Source: Escherichia coli
GTDB taxonomy: Bacteria > Pseudomonadota > Gammaproteobacteria > Enterobacterales > Enterobacteriaceae
Direction: 5' to 3' (one strand)
Assembly (NCBI RefSeq): GCF_016026235.1
Contig: NZ_CP065613.1
DNA: 64,000 bases
Shown piece by piece: positions 32,068 to 44,417 of the stretch (position 1 is its first letter; each line of letters starts with the position of its first letter). The translations under genes and the position numbers were made by a program. The notes under the pieces are model-generated. The model was not told where the DNA came from. It saw only the letters and a program-made list of their open reading frames with translations, and did no database searches.

Positions 32068-32107
32068 CATAAGCCATAATAACCTCATGGTTTTTATGGC
32101 TTTTTTC
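32068..32107 (+). terminator. Hairpin (GCCATAA...TTATGGC) followed by T6 after lpxP
   Basis: Inverted repeat plus T-run 30 bp after the lpxP stop. Confidence 0.5.
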
Positions 32108-32394
32108 TTAAGGTTTTTTCCTTCGCTGAATCTCTAATTATTACCGTCAGAAATTAAACTGTCGCCGATATGAGACACCTGTAAGTTACTAAAAGTAAAT
32201 AAGAAAATGCCTCTTGTCTCGTTTCAGTTTTAGGCGTACATTAGCGCCGTCTCGAGCAGTTTAGCTCAGAATTCTGGGGTGATGCCCACGGTAAAATACA
32301 GGACTTTTAAGGTCGTTTTGCCCGGTGTCAACTCACTGTATCAGGTGTAATGAAGTCATTCAGGCGTAACAGCAATTACGCGGAGAGATGTAAA

Positions 32395-32466
32395 GTGAAA
32401 TATTTCTTTATGGGCATTTCTTTTATGGTCATCGTTTGGGCCGGTACTTTTGCCCTGATGATCTAA
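32395..32466 (+). CDS. ypdK: YpdK small membrane protein (23 aa, GTG start)
   Basis: GTG-AAA-TAT-TTC-TTT-ATG... reads (M)KYFFMGISFMVIVWAGTFALMI*; GGAGAG 7 nt upstream. Confidence 0.7.
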   Translation: MKYFFMGISFMVIVWAGTFALMI

Positions 32467-32530
32467 AAGCAAACTGTGCAATGAAAAACAGGAGCCATCA
32501 GGCTCCTGTTTGCATTTCTGACGACGGTGT

Positions 32531-33769
32531 TTATTCCGCGTTTTCGTGAATATGTTTGCTGCTGGCGGGTAGTAAACCGTCGGCACGGAACATCGCTTTA
32601 ATCCCACGAATCGCCTGACGAATACGGTCGCGGTTTTCAATCAGTGCAAAGCGCACATGCGTATCACCATAGTCGCCAAAGCCAATCCCCGGAGAGACAC
32701 AGACCTTCGCTTCGTTAAGCAATTTCTTGGCAAATTCCAGCGAGCCCATGGCAGCATACGGTTCCGGTATTTTCGCCCAGACATACATCGAAGCCTTCGG
32801 CATTTCGACCATCCAGCCCGCTTCATGCAGCCCTTTAACCAGTACATCACGGCGGCGTTTGTACTGTTCAGCAATGTCGCGCACGCACTGTTGATCGCCC
32901 TCCAGCGCCGCAATCGCCGCCACCTGCAACGGCGTAAAGGTGCCGTAATCGTGATAGCTTTTAATACGTGCCAGCGCACTGACCAGCGTTTTGTTGCCAA
33001 CCATAAAGCCGATACGCCAGCCCGCCATGTTGTAGCTTTTTGACAGCGTAAAAAACTCGACCGCCACATCGCGTGCACCCGGCACCTGCATGATTGACGG
33101 CGCTTTCCAGCCATCGTAGACGATATCGGCATAGGCCAGGTCATGGACCACCAGCACATCGTAGCGTTTCGCCAGCGCCACAACCTTTTCGAAGAACTCC
33201 AGTTCCACGCATTGCGCGGTTGGGTTCGACGGGAAGCCGAGGATCATCATCTTCGGTTTCGGATAACTTTCACGAATGGCGCGCTCTAGTTCGTTGAAGA
33301 AATCGACACCTTCCACCAGCGGCACTGAGCGTACCTGCGCCCCGGCAATCACCGCGCCATAAATATGAATGGGGTAGCTTGGATTCGGCACCAGCACCGT
33401 GTCACCATGATCCAGCGTCGCCAGCATCAGGTGTGCCAGCCCCTCTTTCGAACCAATGGTGACGATGGCTTCTGATTCCGGGTCGATTTCAACGTCGTAG
33501 CGATCCTGATACCAGCGGGAAATGGCGCGACGTAGCCGCGGAATGCCGCGTGAAGTGGAGTAACCATGCGTGTCCGGGCGCTGGGCCACAGTACATAATT
33601 TTTCGACGATATGCGGCGGAGTCGCACCGTCCGGGTTACCCATACTGAAATCGATAATATCTTCGCCGCGCCGACGCGCAGCCATTTTCAGTTCAGCGGT
33701 AATGTTAAAAACGTAGGGCGGGAGACGATCAATGCGCGTAAAGCGACGTTCAGGGCGAGTGTCAGCCAT
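32531..33769 (-). CDS. alaC: AlaC (YfdZ) glutamate-pyruvate aminotransferase (PLP fold type I)
   Basis: 412-aa [51 protein letters not shown]... Confidence 0.95.
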   Translation of the reverse strand: MADTRPERRFTRIDRLPPYVFNITAELKMAARRRGEDIIDFSMGNPDGATPPHIVEKLCTVAQRPDTHGYSTSRGIPRLRRAISRWYQDRYDVEIDPESEAIVTIGSKEGLAHLMLATLDHGDTVLVPNPSYPIHIYGAVIAGAQVRSVPLVEGVDFFNELERAIRESYPKPKMMILGFPSNPTAQCVELEFFEKVVALAKRYDVLVVHDLAYADIVYDGWKAPSIMQVPGARDVAVEFFTLSKSYNMAGWRIGFMVGNKTLVSALARIKSYHDYGTFTPLQVAAIAALEGDQQCVRDIAEQYKRRRDVLVKGLHEAGWMVEMPKASMYVWAKIPEPYAAMGSLEFAKKLLNEAKVCVSPGIGFGDYGDTHVRFALIENRDRIRQAIRGIKAMFRADGLLPASSKHIHENAE

Positions 33770-34145
33770 AATTTCCTCAGATTAACGTTAGCGCCCGGAC
33801 CGTCCGAGCGACGCTGCCACAATGGTGGCTGTTTTGAAAATAGCCTGATTAATTTCTGTCTGTCCAGCGTTTTAGAACATTTTTATCAATGGCTTTAAAT
33901 GAGGAACTCCACTTCAAAAACAGGAAATTTTTCTACGCTAACAAGAAAATTACCACCAATTTTATTAACATTATAATTTCAATAAATTTACCAGCCAGAA
34001 GTGCATTATCAAGAGATACATTGCTAATACACCATTTATCTATCAATCCCCTTTTAAAATTGTGGTTTTTCCTCAAAAACGGCCTGCTGGTCATCAGCCT
34101 TCAGGTTACCTATCATAGAGGTTTAATCCTTATTCAGAGTCACCC

Positions 34146-35843
34146 GTGCACGAAATATTCAACATGCTGCTGGCGGTCTTCGATCGGGCAGCGTTAATGC
34201 TTATCTGCCTGTTCTTTCTCATCCGTATCCGCCTGTTTCGCGAACTGTTGCACAAGTCGGCACACTCACCGAAAGAGTTGCTCGCCGTTACCGCCATTTT
34301 CTCGCTGTTCGCCCTGTTCAGCACCTGGTCCGGCGTTCCCGTAGAAGGCTCGCTGGTGAACGTACGTATTATCGCGGTGATGTCAGGCGGGATTCTGTTT
34401 GGCCCGTGGGTGGGCATCATTACCGGCGTGATTGCGGGTATTCACCGTTATTTAATTGATATCGGCGGCGTGACGGCGATCCCCTGCTTTATCACCAGCA
34501 TTCTGGCGGGTTGTATATCGGGCTGGATCAACCTGAAAATCCCCAAAGCACAGTGCTGGCGCGTCGGTATTCTCGGCGGCATGTTGTGTGAAACGTTGAC
34601 CATGATTCTGGTGATTGTCTGGGCACCAACTACCGAGTTGGGGATCGATATCGTCTCTAAAATCGGGATTCCAATGATCCTCGGCAGCGTCTGTATCGGC
34701 TTTATTGTGCTTCTGGTGCAAAGCGTTGAGGGCGAAAAAGAGGCCAGCGCCGCGCGGCAGGCCAAGTTGGCGCTGGATATCGCCAACAAAACGCTACCTC
34801 TGTTTCGCCATGTCAATAGCGAGTCATTACGCAAAGTTTGTGAAATTATTCGCGATGACATTCACGCCGATGCGGTGGCGATTACCAATACCGATCATGT
34901 GCTGGCCTATGTTGGCGTGGGTGAACATAACTATCAGAATGGCGATGACTTCATTAGCCCGACGACCCGTCAGGCGATGAATTACGGAAAAATCATCATT
35001 AAAAACAATGATGAAGCCCACCGCACACCAGAGATTCATTCCATGCTGGTGATCCCATTGTGGGAGAAAGGCGTTGTGACCGGAACGCTGAAAATTTACT
35101 ACTGCCACGCGCATCAGATAACCTCGTCATTACAGGAAATGGCGGTTGGTCTGTCGCAAATCATCTCCACGCAACTGGAGGTTTCACGCGCCGAGCAGCT
35201 ACGTGAAATGGCAAATAAGGCAGAGCTTCGCGCCCTGCAAAGCAAAATTAATCCCCATTTCCTGTTTAACGCTTTGAACGCTATTTCATCGTCAATCCGT
35301 CTGAATCCGGATACTGCTCGCCAGCTGATCTTTAATCTGTCGCGTTATCTGCGCTATAACATTGAATTAAAAGACGATGAGCAAATCGATATCAAAAAAG
35401 AGCTGTATCAAATTAAAGACTATATTGCCATTGAGCAGGCCCGCTTTGGCGACAAGCTGACGGTTATCTATGATATTGATGAAGAGGTGAATTGCTGCAT
35501 TCCCAGCCTGCTGATCCAGCCGTTGGTGGAGAATGCCATTGTCCACGGTATCCAGCCTTGCAAAGGTAAAGGCGTTGTCACCATCAGCGTTGCAGAGTGC
35601 GGCAATCGGGTACGCATTGCCGTGCGGGATACCGGGCACGGCATCGATCCAAAGGTGATTGAGCGGGTCGAAGCGAATGAAATGCCGGGCAATAAAATTG
35701 GCCTGCTGAATGTTCATCATCGCGTGAAGTTATTGTATGGCGAGGGGCTGCATATCCGCCGCCTGGAACCAGGAACGGAAATTGCGTTTTACATTCCTAA
35801 CCAACGCACCCCAGTCGCCTCACAGGCTACGTTATTGCTTTGA
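34146..35843 (+). CDS. ypdA: YpdA sensor histidine kinase (LytS-like, 5TM + GAF + HK)
   Basis: 565-aa ORF from GTG; C-terminal ...[14 protein letters not shown]... histidine kinase region. Confidence 0.9.
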   Translation: MHEIFNMLLAVFDRAALMLICLFFLIRIRLFRELLHKSAHSPKELLAVTAIFSLFALFSTWSGVPVEGSLVNVRIIAVMSGGILFGPWVGIITGVIAGIHRYLIDIGGVTAIPCFITSILAGCISGWINLKIPKAQCWRVGILGGMLCETLTMILVIVWAPTTELGIDIVSKIGIPMILGSVCIGFIVLLVQSVEGEKEASAARQAKLALDIANKTLPLFRHVNSESLRKVCEIIRDDIHADAVAITNTDHVLAYVGVGEHNYQNGDDFISPTTRQAMNYGKIIIKNNDEAHRTPEIHSMLVIPLWEKGVVTGTLKIYYCHAHQITSSLQEMAVGLSQIISTQLEVSRAEQLREMANKAELRALQSKINPHFLFNALNAISSSIRLNPDTARQLIFNLSRYLRYNIELKDDEQIDIKKELYQIKDYIAIEQARFGDKLTVIYDIDEEVNCCIPSLLIQPLVENAIVHGIQPCKGKGVVTISVAECGNRVRIAVRDTGHGIDPKVIERVEANEMPGNKIGLLNVHHRVKLLYGEGLHIRRLEPGTEIAFYIPNQRTPVASQATLLL

Positions 35844-35857
35844 GCCGGAGTGATATT

Positions 35858-36592
35858 GTGAAAGTCATCATTGTTGAAGACGAATTCCTGGCACAACAGG
35901 AACTGAGCTGGCTAATTAAAGAGCACAGCCAGATGGAGATTGTCGGCACCTTTGACGACGGTCTGGACGTGTTGAAGTTTTTGCAGCATAACCGCGTCGA
36001 CGCCATTTTTCTGGATATCAATATTCCGTCGCTGGATGGTGTGTTGCTGGCGCAAAACATCAGCCAGTTCGCCCATAAACCGTTTATTGTGTTCATCACC
36101 GCGTGGAAAGAACATGCGGTAGAAGCGTTTGAACTGGAGGCGTTTGACTACATTCTCAAACCGTATCAGGAGTCACGCATTACCGGGATGCTGCAAAAAC
36201 TGGAAGCGGCCTGGCAACAACAGCAGACCAGCAGCACGCCTGCCGCGACGGTAACGCGTGAGAATGACACCATTAATCTGGTGAAAGATGAGCGAATCAT
36301 CGTCACGCCAATTAACGATATCTATTACGCCGAAGCGCACGAGAAAATGACCTTTGTCTATACGCGGCGTGAATCCTACGTAATGCCGATGAACATTACC
36401 GAATTTTGCAGCAAACTGCCGCCGTCGCATTTTTTCCGCTGCCATCGCTCATTTTGTGTCAATCTGAACAAAATCCGCGAAATCGAACCGTGGTTTAATA
36501 ACACCTATATTCTGCGGCTGAAAGATCTGGATTTTGAAGTGCCGGTCAGCCGCAGCAAAGTTAAAGAATTCCGCCAGTTAATGCATCTTTAA
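35858..36592 (+). CDS. ypdB: YpdB response regulator (LytTR family), 244 aa, GTG start
   Basis: (M)KVIIVEDEFLAQQELSWLIKEHSQMEIVGTFDDG...; receiver plus LytTR domain. Confidence 0.9.
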   Translation: MKVIIVEDEFLAQQELSWLIKEHSQMEIVGTFDDGLDVLKFLQHNRVDAIFLDINIPSLDGVLLAQNISQFAHKPFIVFITAWKEHAVEAFELEAFDYILKPYQESRITGMLQKLEAAWQQQQTSSTPAATVTRENDTINLVKDERIIVTPINDIYYAEAHEKMTFVYTRRESYVMPMNITEFCSKLPPSHFFRCHRSFCVNLNKIREIEPWFNNTYILRLKDLDFEVPVSRSKVKEFRQLMHL

Positions 36593-36604
36593 TCGGGAAC
36601 TTTC

Positions 36605-37462
36605 ATGAAAGCACCAGGCTTGCCCGCCGATCAACAATTTTTCGCCGATCTGTTCAGCGGCCTGGTGCTTAACCCGCAACTACTGGGGCGCGTCTGGTTT
36701 GCCAGCCAGCCTGCCTCGTTGCCGGTGGGCAGTTTATGTATTGATTTTCCCCGTCTGGATATCGTGCTGCGCGGCGAATACGGCAATCTGCTGGAAGCAA
36801 AGCAGCAACGTTTGGTGGAAGGAGAAATGCTGTTTATTCCGGCGCGCGCGGCTAATTTACCGGTCAACAACAAACCGGTGATGCTGTTAAGCCTGGTGTT
36901 CGCTCCGACCTGGCTTGGGTTATCGTTTTACGATAGCCGTACCACGTCGTTGTTGCATCCTGCTCGCCAGATCCAGCTTCCCAGCCTGCAACGCGGTGAA
37001 GGTGAAGCGATGCTTACCGCCCTCACCCATCTTAGCCGTTCGCCGCTGGAGCAAAATATCATTCAGCCGCTGGTGTTAAGTTTGCTGCATCTTTGCCGTA
37101 ACGTGGTGAATATGCCGCCGGGCAATTCGCGGCCGCGCGGCGATTTTCTCTATCACAGCATTTGTAACTGGGTTCAGGATAATTATGCCCAGCCGCTCAC
37201 CCGCGAGAGCGTGGCGCAGTTTTTTAATATCACGCCCAATCATCTGTCAAAACTGTTTGCTCAGCATGGAACGATGCGTTTTATCGAGTATGTGCGTTGG
37301 GTGCGAATGGCGAAGGCGAGGATGATTTTGCAGAAATATCATCTGTCAATTCATGAAGTGGCACAGCGTTGCGGTTTTCCGGATAGCGACTATTTTTGTC
37401 GCGTTTTCCGGCGTCAGTTTGGTCTGACGCCGGGAGAGTACAGCGCCCGTTTTCAGGGCTAA
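36605..37462 (+). CDS. ypdC: YpdC AraC-family transcriptional regulator
   Basis: 285-aa ORF with C-terminal AraC HTH ...IHEVAQRCGFPDSDYFCRVFRRQFGLTPGEY... Confidence 0.9.
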   Translation: MKAPGLPADQQFFADLFSGLVLNPQLLGRVWFASQPASLPVGSLCIDFPRLDIVLRGEYGNLLEAKQQRLVEGEMLFIPARAANLPVNNKPVMLLSLVFAPTWLGLSFYDSRTTSLLHPARQIQLPSLQRGEGEAMLTALTHLSRSPLEQNIIQPLVLSLLHLCRNVVNMPPGNSRPRGDFLYHSICNWVQDNYAQPLTRESVAQFFNITPNHLSKLFAQHGTMRFIEYVRWVRMAKARMILQKYHLSIHEVAQRCGFPDSDYFCRVFRRQFGLTPGEYSARFQG

Positions 37463-37464
37463 CG

Positions 37465-39960
37465 TCAGAAGGTTAATTCTGTTTCCAGCAGCGTCAGGAT
37501 ACTTTGTGCATCTTGCGCGGCAAACAACGACTGGCGGAAGTTTTTATTCACCAGTTTACGCGCCAGCTGCGAGAAGACTTTCACATGATTCATCCCTTCG
37601 TTAGCACCCAGCGTCAGCATGATCACCAGTTCGACTTCGCCCATTTCTGACTGCCAGTCAACCGGTTTCGCCAGCCGGGCAATGCTGATACTGGAATGAC
37701 GGATCCACTGAGATTTGGTGTGCGGGATCGCCACGCCAAAACCAACGCCAGTGGTGACAATCTCTTCCCGCTGCCAGACATCCTCTTCCAGCTCGAACGG
37801 ATGTTCAGTGCGCCCGTTAACGCCGAGGTTACCGCACAGGAACTGGATCGCCTGCTCTTTATTGCTAAAGGCCTGATCAACGAAGATATTCTCCAGCGCC
37901 AGCAGCGGGCGAACGTCTTCTTCCGGCGTAAAGGCGGTGAGTAACGCTTCAATTTCCTGCGCGCTGCGACATTCACACGCCTGACGTGCCAGTTCCCGAC
38001 ACGCCTCGCTATCCAGTTGACGAAGCTGGCTTTTCACCGCCGGAATGCGCGGGCTACTCATACTCAGCTCATCCAGGCCCAACCCAAGCAGTAGCGGCAG
38101 ATAACGGCTTTCACCGCCCAGTTCACCGCAAATGCCTACCCATTTGCCCCGCTGATGCGCAGTGGTAACTATTTGCTGCAACATGCGCAGGAACGATGGC
38201 GTAATCGGGTTATATAGCGGCGATACGCGCGGGTTATTACGATCGACCGCATACAGATACTGGGTCATATCGTTGGAGCCGATACTGAAGAAATCGACCT
38301 CATCGCAGAAGTGATCGATGATGTAGCACACCGACGGCACTTCCACCATGATACCCAGCGTAATCGTCTCTGCATGACGCAGGCCATCGCGCTTAAGCTC
38401 AACGATCGCTTTTTGGATCTCGCCCTTCACCCATAAGATCTGATCGAGGCTGTGGACCATCGGGATCATCAACTGGGCGTTGCCGAAACTGGCGGCGCGC
38501 AAAATGGCCCGCAGTTGAGTGCGGAACAGGCCAGCAAATTCCGGGTAAATACGTACCGCGCGATAGCCGAGGAACGGGTTCTCTTCCTGGGGAATATTCA
38601 GATAAGGAATGCTTTTATCGCCGCCGATGTCCATTGTGCGGAAGATAATCGGCTTGTCGCCCGCTGCCAGTAGCACCTGCTGGTAGGCTTCAAATTGCTC
38701 CTGCTCGTCCGGCGCGCTGTCGCGATCCATATAGAGCATTTCGGTACGGAACAGCCCGACGCCTTCCGCGCCGTTGGCAAACGCGCCAGGCGCTTCCAGA
38801 GCGGTGCCAATATTCGCCGCGATATCAATACGCTTGTTATCACGGGAATAAGCCAGCTGCGCGGCAGCCTGCGCCTGTTGTTTTTGGCGTTTATCCGCCA
38901 GCGTCTGCGCGACCTGATAATAACCGCTCACCGCGTCATTCGGGTTAATCGCCAGCACGCCGCACTGGGCGTCAAGCACTGCAGGTTGCCCGGCATAACG
39001 GGCAATCGCATCCAGCGGCAGGCCGCTCAGTACCGGGATCGCCGAGGCGCGGGCCAGAATCAGGGTATGCGAGGTGCGCCCGGTTTTCTCCAGAATCATG
39101 CCCGCAAGATTTTTTAAATCCAGGCTTAAAAACTGGCTTGGGGTTAAATCCTCGGCCACCAGAATAGTCGGTTTTTCCAGCACCAGATTGTTGCGCGGCT
39201 TCAGTTCCGGCCAGGTAATATGCAGCAACTGTTCGCTAATATCGCGAATGTCGCTAACACGTTCGCGCAGATAATCGCTGGCAGAAGCAGAAAGTTTGGC
39301 GCAAACCTGCTCCATATTGCTGATGATCGCCGCCCCCAGCCCCTGATGCTGTTCTGTCATCAGGCGACGGATATTGCCTGCAAATTCATCATCCTGAATC
39401 AGCGACAAATGGGCGCTGAGGATAGTTTTGCTTTCGCCGTCACGCTCACGCAATTGCTGGTTCAGTTGCTCGGCAAGCGTTGCCAGACTGTGCTCCAGCC
39501 GGGTGGAATCTTGCGCACTGGCGGGGATTGCCCGATAACTGTCGAGGCTGTCGCTTTGTAACAGGGTCAGCGTACCCACGCCGACGCCGCTTGCCAGCAC
39601 ATTGCCGTACAGTAAATCCGGGTTAAGGCGGCTTAATGAACGCGGCAGCGGATGCGCCGTCAGTTCTGCCTGCGTAGGCTGAACGCTGTCGCTGTCGATA
39701 AAGCGCACCTGGATGTACTCTTCCAGCACGCGCCGCGCCTGCTCTTCATCGCTGCCGCTAATGTTCAGGCTGCAACTGTCATTAAATAGGGTGCCGGTGC
39801 CAATCAGCGCCAGCGAGCTTTTGGCATCGGCCTTTGCGTTCTGTCGATGGTTAATAAAAGTGATTTCGCTTTGCCACTGGCTGCACTGTTCTTTAAGTTC
39901 CCACGCCGGACGAGCATGTAGACCGTTAGGCAAAGGACAGAGAAATTGAATCGTTAACAT
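37465..39960 (-). CDS. fryA: FryA multiphosphoryl transfer protein (PTS EIIA-HPr-EI fusion, fructose-like)
   Basis: 831-aa ORF MLTIQFLCPLPNGLHARPAWELKEQCSQWQSEITFINHRQ...; EI-like C-terminus. Confidence 0.9.
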   Translation of the reverse strand: MLTIQFLCPLPNGLHARPAWELKEQCSQWQSEITFINHRQNAKADAKSSLALIGTGTLFNDSCSLNISGSDEEQARRVLEEYIQVRFIDSDSVQPTQAELTAHPLPRSLSRLNPDLLYGNVLASGVGVGTLTLLQSDSLDSYRAIPASAQDSTRLEHSLATLAEQLNQQLRERDGESKTILSAHLSLIQDDEFAGNIRRLMTEQHQGLGAAIISNMEQVCAKLSASASDYLRERVSDIRDISEQLLHITWPELKPRNNLVLEKPTILVAEDLTPSQFLSLDLKNLAGMILEKTGRTSHTLILARASAIPVLSGLPLDAIARYAGQPAVLDAQCGVLAINPNDAVSGYYQVAQTLADKRQKQQAQAAAQLAYSRDNKRIDIAANIGTALEAPGAFANGAEGVGLFRTEMLYMDRDSAPDEQEQFEAYQQVLLAAGDKPIIFRTMDIGGDKSIPYLNIPQEENPFLGYRAVRIYPEFAGLFRTQLRAILRAASFGNAQLMIPMVHSLDQILWVKGEIQKAIVELKRDGLRHAETITLGIMVEVPSVCYIIDHFCDEVDFFSIGSNDMTQYLYAVDRNNPRVSPLYNPITPSFLRMLQQIVTTAHQRGKWVGICGELGGESRYLPLLLGLGLDELSMSSPRIPAVKSQLRQLDSEACRELARQACECRSAQEIEALLTAFTPEEDVRPLLALENIFVDQAFSNKEQAIQFLCGNLGVNGRTEHPFELEEDVWQREEIVTTGVGFGVAIPHTKSQWIRHSSISIARLAKPVDWQSEMGEVELVIMLTLGANEGMNHVKVFSQLARKLVNKNFRQSLFAAQDAQSILTLLETELTF

Positions 39961-39984
39961 AACCGCTCCGGGTTAATCAGGAGA

Positions 39985-41022
39985 TCATCTGAAATCCGTC
40001 AGTTGAACAACCGTCTCACGCGTAAGACGTTGAATAAGGGCAGATAAAAGTTGCTCCATCTGCAAAATGTCGCGGCAATCGGCAATCGACGCGGCGCAAT
40101 GTCCGTGGCGGGTGGCAGGCCCCATCACCACTGTGGGTACGCCAGTACCGGTTAAGTGCACCGCTCCACCGTCCGTGCCGCCGTTACTGAACATATCTGC
40201 CTGCAACGGCACGCCAATTTCTGCCGCCACGGTTTCGATCCAGGCGGTGAGTTTTGGCGGCGCAATCAGTGACTTGTCGCTTAACACCAGCATCGGGCCG
40301 TTACCAATCTGGCGATGGTTAGCCGCGCCATAATCAAAGTTTTTCGCCCAGCAGGCGGTATCAAGGACAATGGCGACGTCCGGCGACACCGCGCGGGTGG
40401 CAGTTTGCCCGCCGCGTAATCCCACCTCTTCGCTGGAACTTGCCACCAGCCACACTTCCGCAGGCAGTTCGACGTCGTGCAGCTCACGTAGTAACGTCAC
40501 CAGCAGATAGCAACCGAGGCGGTCATCAAAGGCTTTCCCCATCACTCGCTGGTGGGGGAGAACCTGAAAAGTGGTATCGAACGTGACGCGATCGCCTGGA
40601 CGAATTCCCGCCTGCATCACTTCGTCATACGAGCGCGCGCCAATATCCACGCGCATGGCGCTGACATCATTCCCCTGCCGGTCGCCGTCAAGCAGGCCTG
40701 GAATTTTGCACTCTTCACGGGTGGTGATGCGCACCGGCTGCAGCTGGCGGGCAGCCATGCGTACATTGCCAACCGGCAGCACATCAATCGCCCCTTCGCG
40801 GGAGATACTGCGCACCATAAATCCAACTTCGTCCATATGCGCACAGATCATCACTTTCGGACCTGTCGATTCATTGAGGCGGATCAGCACCGATCCCAGC
40901 CCATCAAATCGCACTTCTTTTTGCAGGCGATCCGCTTCTTCCAGCAGGATCTGCCGCACTTCCTGTTCCGAGGAGGCGATCGCATCTGCCTCGCTCAACG
41001 CTTTTAATAGCGATAAATCCAT
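39985..41022 (-). CDS. ypdE: YpdE aminopeptidase (M42 family)
   Basis: 345-aa [52 protein letters not shown]... Confidence 0.9.
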   Translation of the reverse strand: MDLSLLKALSEADAIASSEQEVRQILLEEADRLQKEVRFDGLGSVLIRLNESTGPKVMICAHMDEVGFMVRSISREGAIDVLPVGNVRMAARQLQPVRITTREECKIPGLLDGDRQGNDVSAMRVDIGARSYDEVMQAGIRPGDRVTFDTTFQVLPHQRVMGKAFDDRLGCYLLVTLLRELHDVELPAEVWLVASSSEEVGLRGGQTATRAVSPDVAIVLDTACWAKNFDYGAANHRQIGNGPMLVLSDKSLIAPPKLTAWIETVAAEIGVPLQADMFSNGGTDGGAVHLTGTGVPTVVMGPATRHGHCAASIADCRDILQMEQLLSALIQRLTRETVVQLTDFR

Positions 41023-42107
41023 TATGCCTCTCCCGTGAGCAACACTGTTTTCGGCATGGCGTAGAGCACTTCTGCGCCTTGCGGGGTGACCAGCACAACA
41101 TCCTCGATGCGCACGCCCCCTTGCCCTGGCAAATAAATCCCCGGCTCCACGGTCAGTAACATGCCTGGCTGTAGCGTCGTGGTATCCCGCGGTGAAAAGC
41201 GCGGATCTTCGTGTACTTCAATGCCAATAGCATGACCGGTGTTGTGACCAAAATAGTCGCCAAATCCTGCCTCGGTAATCACCCGACGCGCGGCTTCGTC
41301 AACCTGCTGGCAGCGCACACCGGGGCGAATTGCAGAGATTGCTGCGAGCTGTGCCTGCAAAACAATCTGATAGACGTTAAACAGCGGATGAGATTCGGCG
41401 CTCACCCCTTCGCCATTCACCAGCAAGGTGCGCGTCATATCAGAGCAGTAGCCCTGATACAGCGCACCGAAATCGAGAGTGACAAACTCGCCCGCTGCAA
41501 CAATCTTGTCGCTGGCTTTGCCGTGCGGCAGCGCCCCACGCCAGCCACTGGCAACAATGGTGTCAAAAGAGGTTTTTTCTGCGCCCTGCTGGCGCATAAA
41601 CCACTCCAGTTCAGCGGCTATCTCGCGCTCGCTCATCCCCGCCTGAATAAAGCGGCGAATATGCTCTGCACCGCGATCGGCAATCCCACAGGCAAGGCGG
41701 ATTTTCTCCACCTCCTCTGGCGTTTTGATTTGCCGCAGCACATCCGGCGTGGCGCTAACCAGTTTCGCATTGAGTTCAGACTGCCAGCGGTGCGCGGTTT
41801 CCCAACTCACCTGCTGGCCTTCAAAACCGAGCGTTTGCAACTGTTCATCGGCAATGATTTCATTGACGATGGTTGCAAGCGTGTGTGTCGCGTCAAGCAA
41901 ATGCAGCTGGTAACCTTGCGTACGAGCTTCTACATCCGCGTAATAGCGCGAGTCCACCAGAATGTGCGCACTTTCACGGCTAATCAGCACATAGCCTGAT
42001 CCGGTGGAGATCCCCAGATGCGGCTGTTTGTTCTGCCGTGAGGAGAGAAGCACTGCATCCAGTTGTTGCGCCTTAAGCCAGTCGCGCAGCGAAGCGAGTA
42101 ATGTCAT
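41022..42107 (-). CDS. ypdF: YpdF Xaa-Pro aminopeptidase (M24 family)
   Basis: 361-aa [59 protein letters not shown]... Confidence 0.9.
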   Translation of the reverse strand: MTLLASLRDWLKAQQLDAVLLSSRQNKQPHLGISTGSGYVLISRESAHILVDSRYYADVEARTQGYQLHLLDATHTLATIVNEIIADEQLQTLGFEGQQVSWETAHRWQSELNAKLVSATPDVLRQIKTPEEVEKIRLACGIADRGAEHIRRFIQAGMSEREIAAELEWFMRQQGAEKTSFDTIVASGWRGALPHGKASDKIVAAGEFVTLDFGALYQGYCSDMTRTLLVNGEGVSAESHPLFNVYQIVLQAQLAAISAIRPGVRCQQVDEAARRVITEAGFGDYFGHNTGHAIGIEVHEDPRFSPRDTTTLQPGMLLTVEPGIYLPGQGGVRIEDVVLVTPQGAEVLYAMPKTVLLTGEA

Positions 42108-42121
42108 CTGGATTTTCCTTC

Positions 42122-43121
42122 TTACAGGCTATCGATTAACAATTTGCCTTTGCGGAACATCATCAGACGCAGGAACACCACCATCAGCGCAGTTATGACT
42201 GCCCCCAGCGCGATCCCCGCCATATAGACGCCCAGGTTAGTGACCAGCGGCCATGCCCAGATAGCGGATTCCGGGAACCATTGCACTGCGCCCAGCCAGA
42301 CAGCGGCGGTTGAGCCGACAATCGCGCCGACCATATACGACGGAATGGCGGTGATGGGGCTTTCCAGCGCAAACGGAATCGCACCCTCACTAATCCCCAT
42401 AAAGGCAAGGAACATCGCGGTCTTACCCTGCGGATAAAGCTGAGCATTGAACAGGCGTTTGCCGGTTAAACGACGGTCGATAATGGTCGCCAGACCCAGA
42501 CCAATCGGCGGAATAACGATAGCGATAGAACGTGCGGTGACCGGTAATACGTGGTCAGTGGTAAAGCTGAAGGCAACAAAACCTGCGGCTTTGTTGATCG
42601 GGCCACCAAGGTCGATTGCTGTCGCCGCGGCGATCCCCATTGCGTACATCAGCGCGCCCTTCTCACCTGCAGCAGTCAGTACGGTACGGATACCGCCGTT
42701 GATCCAGCCGCCAAACGGGGTGATGACGTAGTACATCGCCAGCATGACAAAAATGGCGGAAAGAATCGGTAGCAAAAATGTGGTTTTGAACGCTAACAGG
42801 AAATCCGGTAACTGGATTTTCTGGTTCATCCATTTCACAAGGTAACCGGCAACGATAGAAATAATCAGCGCACCAATGAAGGTGGACGGCACCGGCGAAG
42901 AGGTCGCCCATTGCATAGTGCTGGGATCGAAGTTCAGCAGTTGCGTCGGCTGGGTAGACATCAAGCCGCCGATAAAACCAGCCGGGAACGCCAGTTTGCC
43001 ACCGATAGAGTTCGCCACAAAAGCAGCAAACATCGGAATGGCAAAACCAAACAACACGCCGCCGAAGGACTGCGACAGCCAGGCAAATTTCAGTAAGGAG
43101 AGGTCGAAACCGGAGAATTTC
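42122..43121 (-). pseudogene. fryC: fryC C-terminal portion (PTS EIIC, fructose-like), separated from its 5' end by an IS186-like insertion
   Basis: Frame reads (K)FSGFDLSLLKFAWLSQSFGGVLFGFAIPMFAAFVANSIGGKLAFPAGFIG... to the stop at 42122; no start codon on this side of the IS. Confidence 0.85.
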
Positions 43122-44417
43122 CCTGAGGGATCCCCAGAAAATTTAGTAAACCATTATCATATTGGTATACCGTTGCTGTAGAACTTTCAGCCCTGCGTCA
43201 AGTGACAGTGTGTTTAGTATGAGTGGAGAATGTCGAATCACATTCTCCGCCAGTTTTAATAACGAGATGACTCGCCTGTGCTTCACTGTATTTGCCTGAT
43301 ATTTATGATGTATCCCTTTGTTTTCCAGGCTGAAACCGCTTAACCACATAATGATACTGGCTAATGTTGCGATCAGACTCAATACCGTGACCCGCCCGGA
43401 TGAATGACTGGCACCAAACCGTAGTCCAAATCCCCAGCGAGGATTTTTTTCATCCCTGAAATTTTGCTCAATTTGCATTCTACGGCTGTATAATTTCATT
43501 ACCTGTTTTGGCGAGAACTCAGTACTGTTTGTGAAAATAAACCATGGTGATTTCCCGGCAGTACGAGCTTTAGCCGTCACCGATGGTCTGGTTGCTCTTT
43601 CCTTCGAGCGTTTAAATCAACGACCTTTAGGCTTACTTTTATAAAGATAAAAATGCCCTTCATGTTGTGCATTTTTATCTCGACCCAGCAGGCCTTCACC
43701 TAAATAAATTGCTGTCGTTGATGCTTTTGTGCCTGAGTCCGACACCTTTTCCCAGCCATTACCAACATTGTAATAATGATTGCCCAGTACCCGGCAAATA
43801 TAGGTCCAGCCACGGGAGCGGAGCTGTTGGAACCATCGCCCCTGAAAACCGGCATCTGTAATAACAATGACATCAGTCCCGGGGGAAAAGCACTCAGCAA
43901 GCGATTCCAGAAAACGCTCATGTACATCTGCATTCGCTGTCTGTGATGATGGAACGACACAACTCATCAACGGTAAAGAACGCCCGTCACATGCCAGGCT
44001 TGCCCGCAAAAGCTGAAAACGAGAGGCATGATAAGCACTCCAGTCAATGAGTATCACAACACGAGACATTCCCCGCGTAATCTTTTGGGTAATTCGCTGA
44101 AAAATGGTGGAAACCTCATTTTGCAAATGTCGATTCCCCAACAGTCGATCCACCCGCTTTATTTTGTTTTTAACTGATGCCGTACCGGTTAAATGACGCC
44201 CGATACTGGTAAGTGTGAGGGAAGCGCCATTTATTACAGCATTAGTTGCGTCAATCAGTGATTTTTGACGGTAAAGATGCAAAGGGGCCAGTATGTTGTT
44301 AAGGAAATTTTGGCATAATGAACGTGCAGGCATAGTGGTGATCTCCTTGAAATTGTTAGCACAATCAATTAGATCACATCTCACTATGCCTGTCTTGTTT
44401 TCTGGGGATTCCTCAGG
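43122..44417 (-). mobile_element. IS186-like insertion sequence (IS4 family), about 1.3 kb, copy 1, inside fryC; about 11-bp target duplication GGAAATTCTCC
   Basis: Ends CCTGAGG(A/G)ATCCCCAGAAAA inverted; same element as at 51053-52348; flanking fryC codons KFS are duplicated on both sides. Confidence 0.85.
43143..44333 (-). CDS. IS186-like transposase; frame contains an in-frame TGA (revcomp of 43617-43619) between N-terminal ~238 codons and C-terminal 145 codons
   Basis: MPARSLCQNFLNNILAPLHLYRQKS...IKRVDRLLGNRHL...LYKSKPKGR*...YSRRMQIEQNFRDEK (Y-x2-R-x3-E-x6-K); reminds me of the IS10 transposase. Confidence 0.75.
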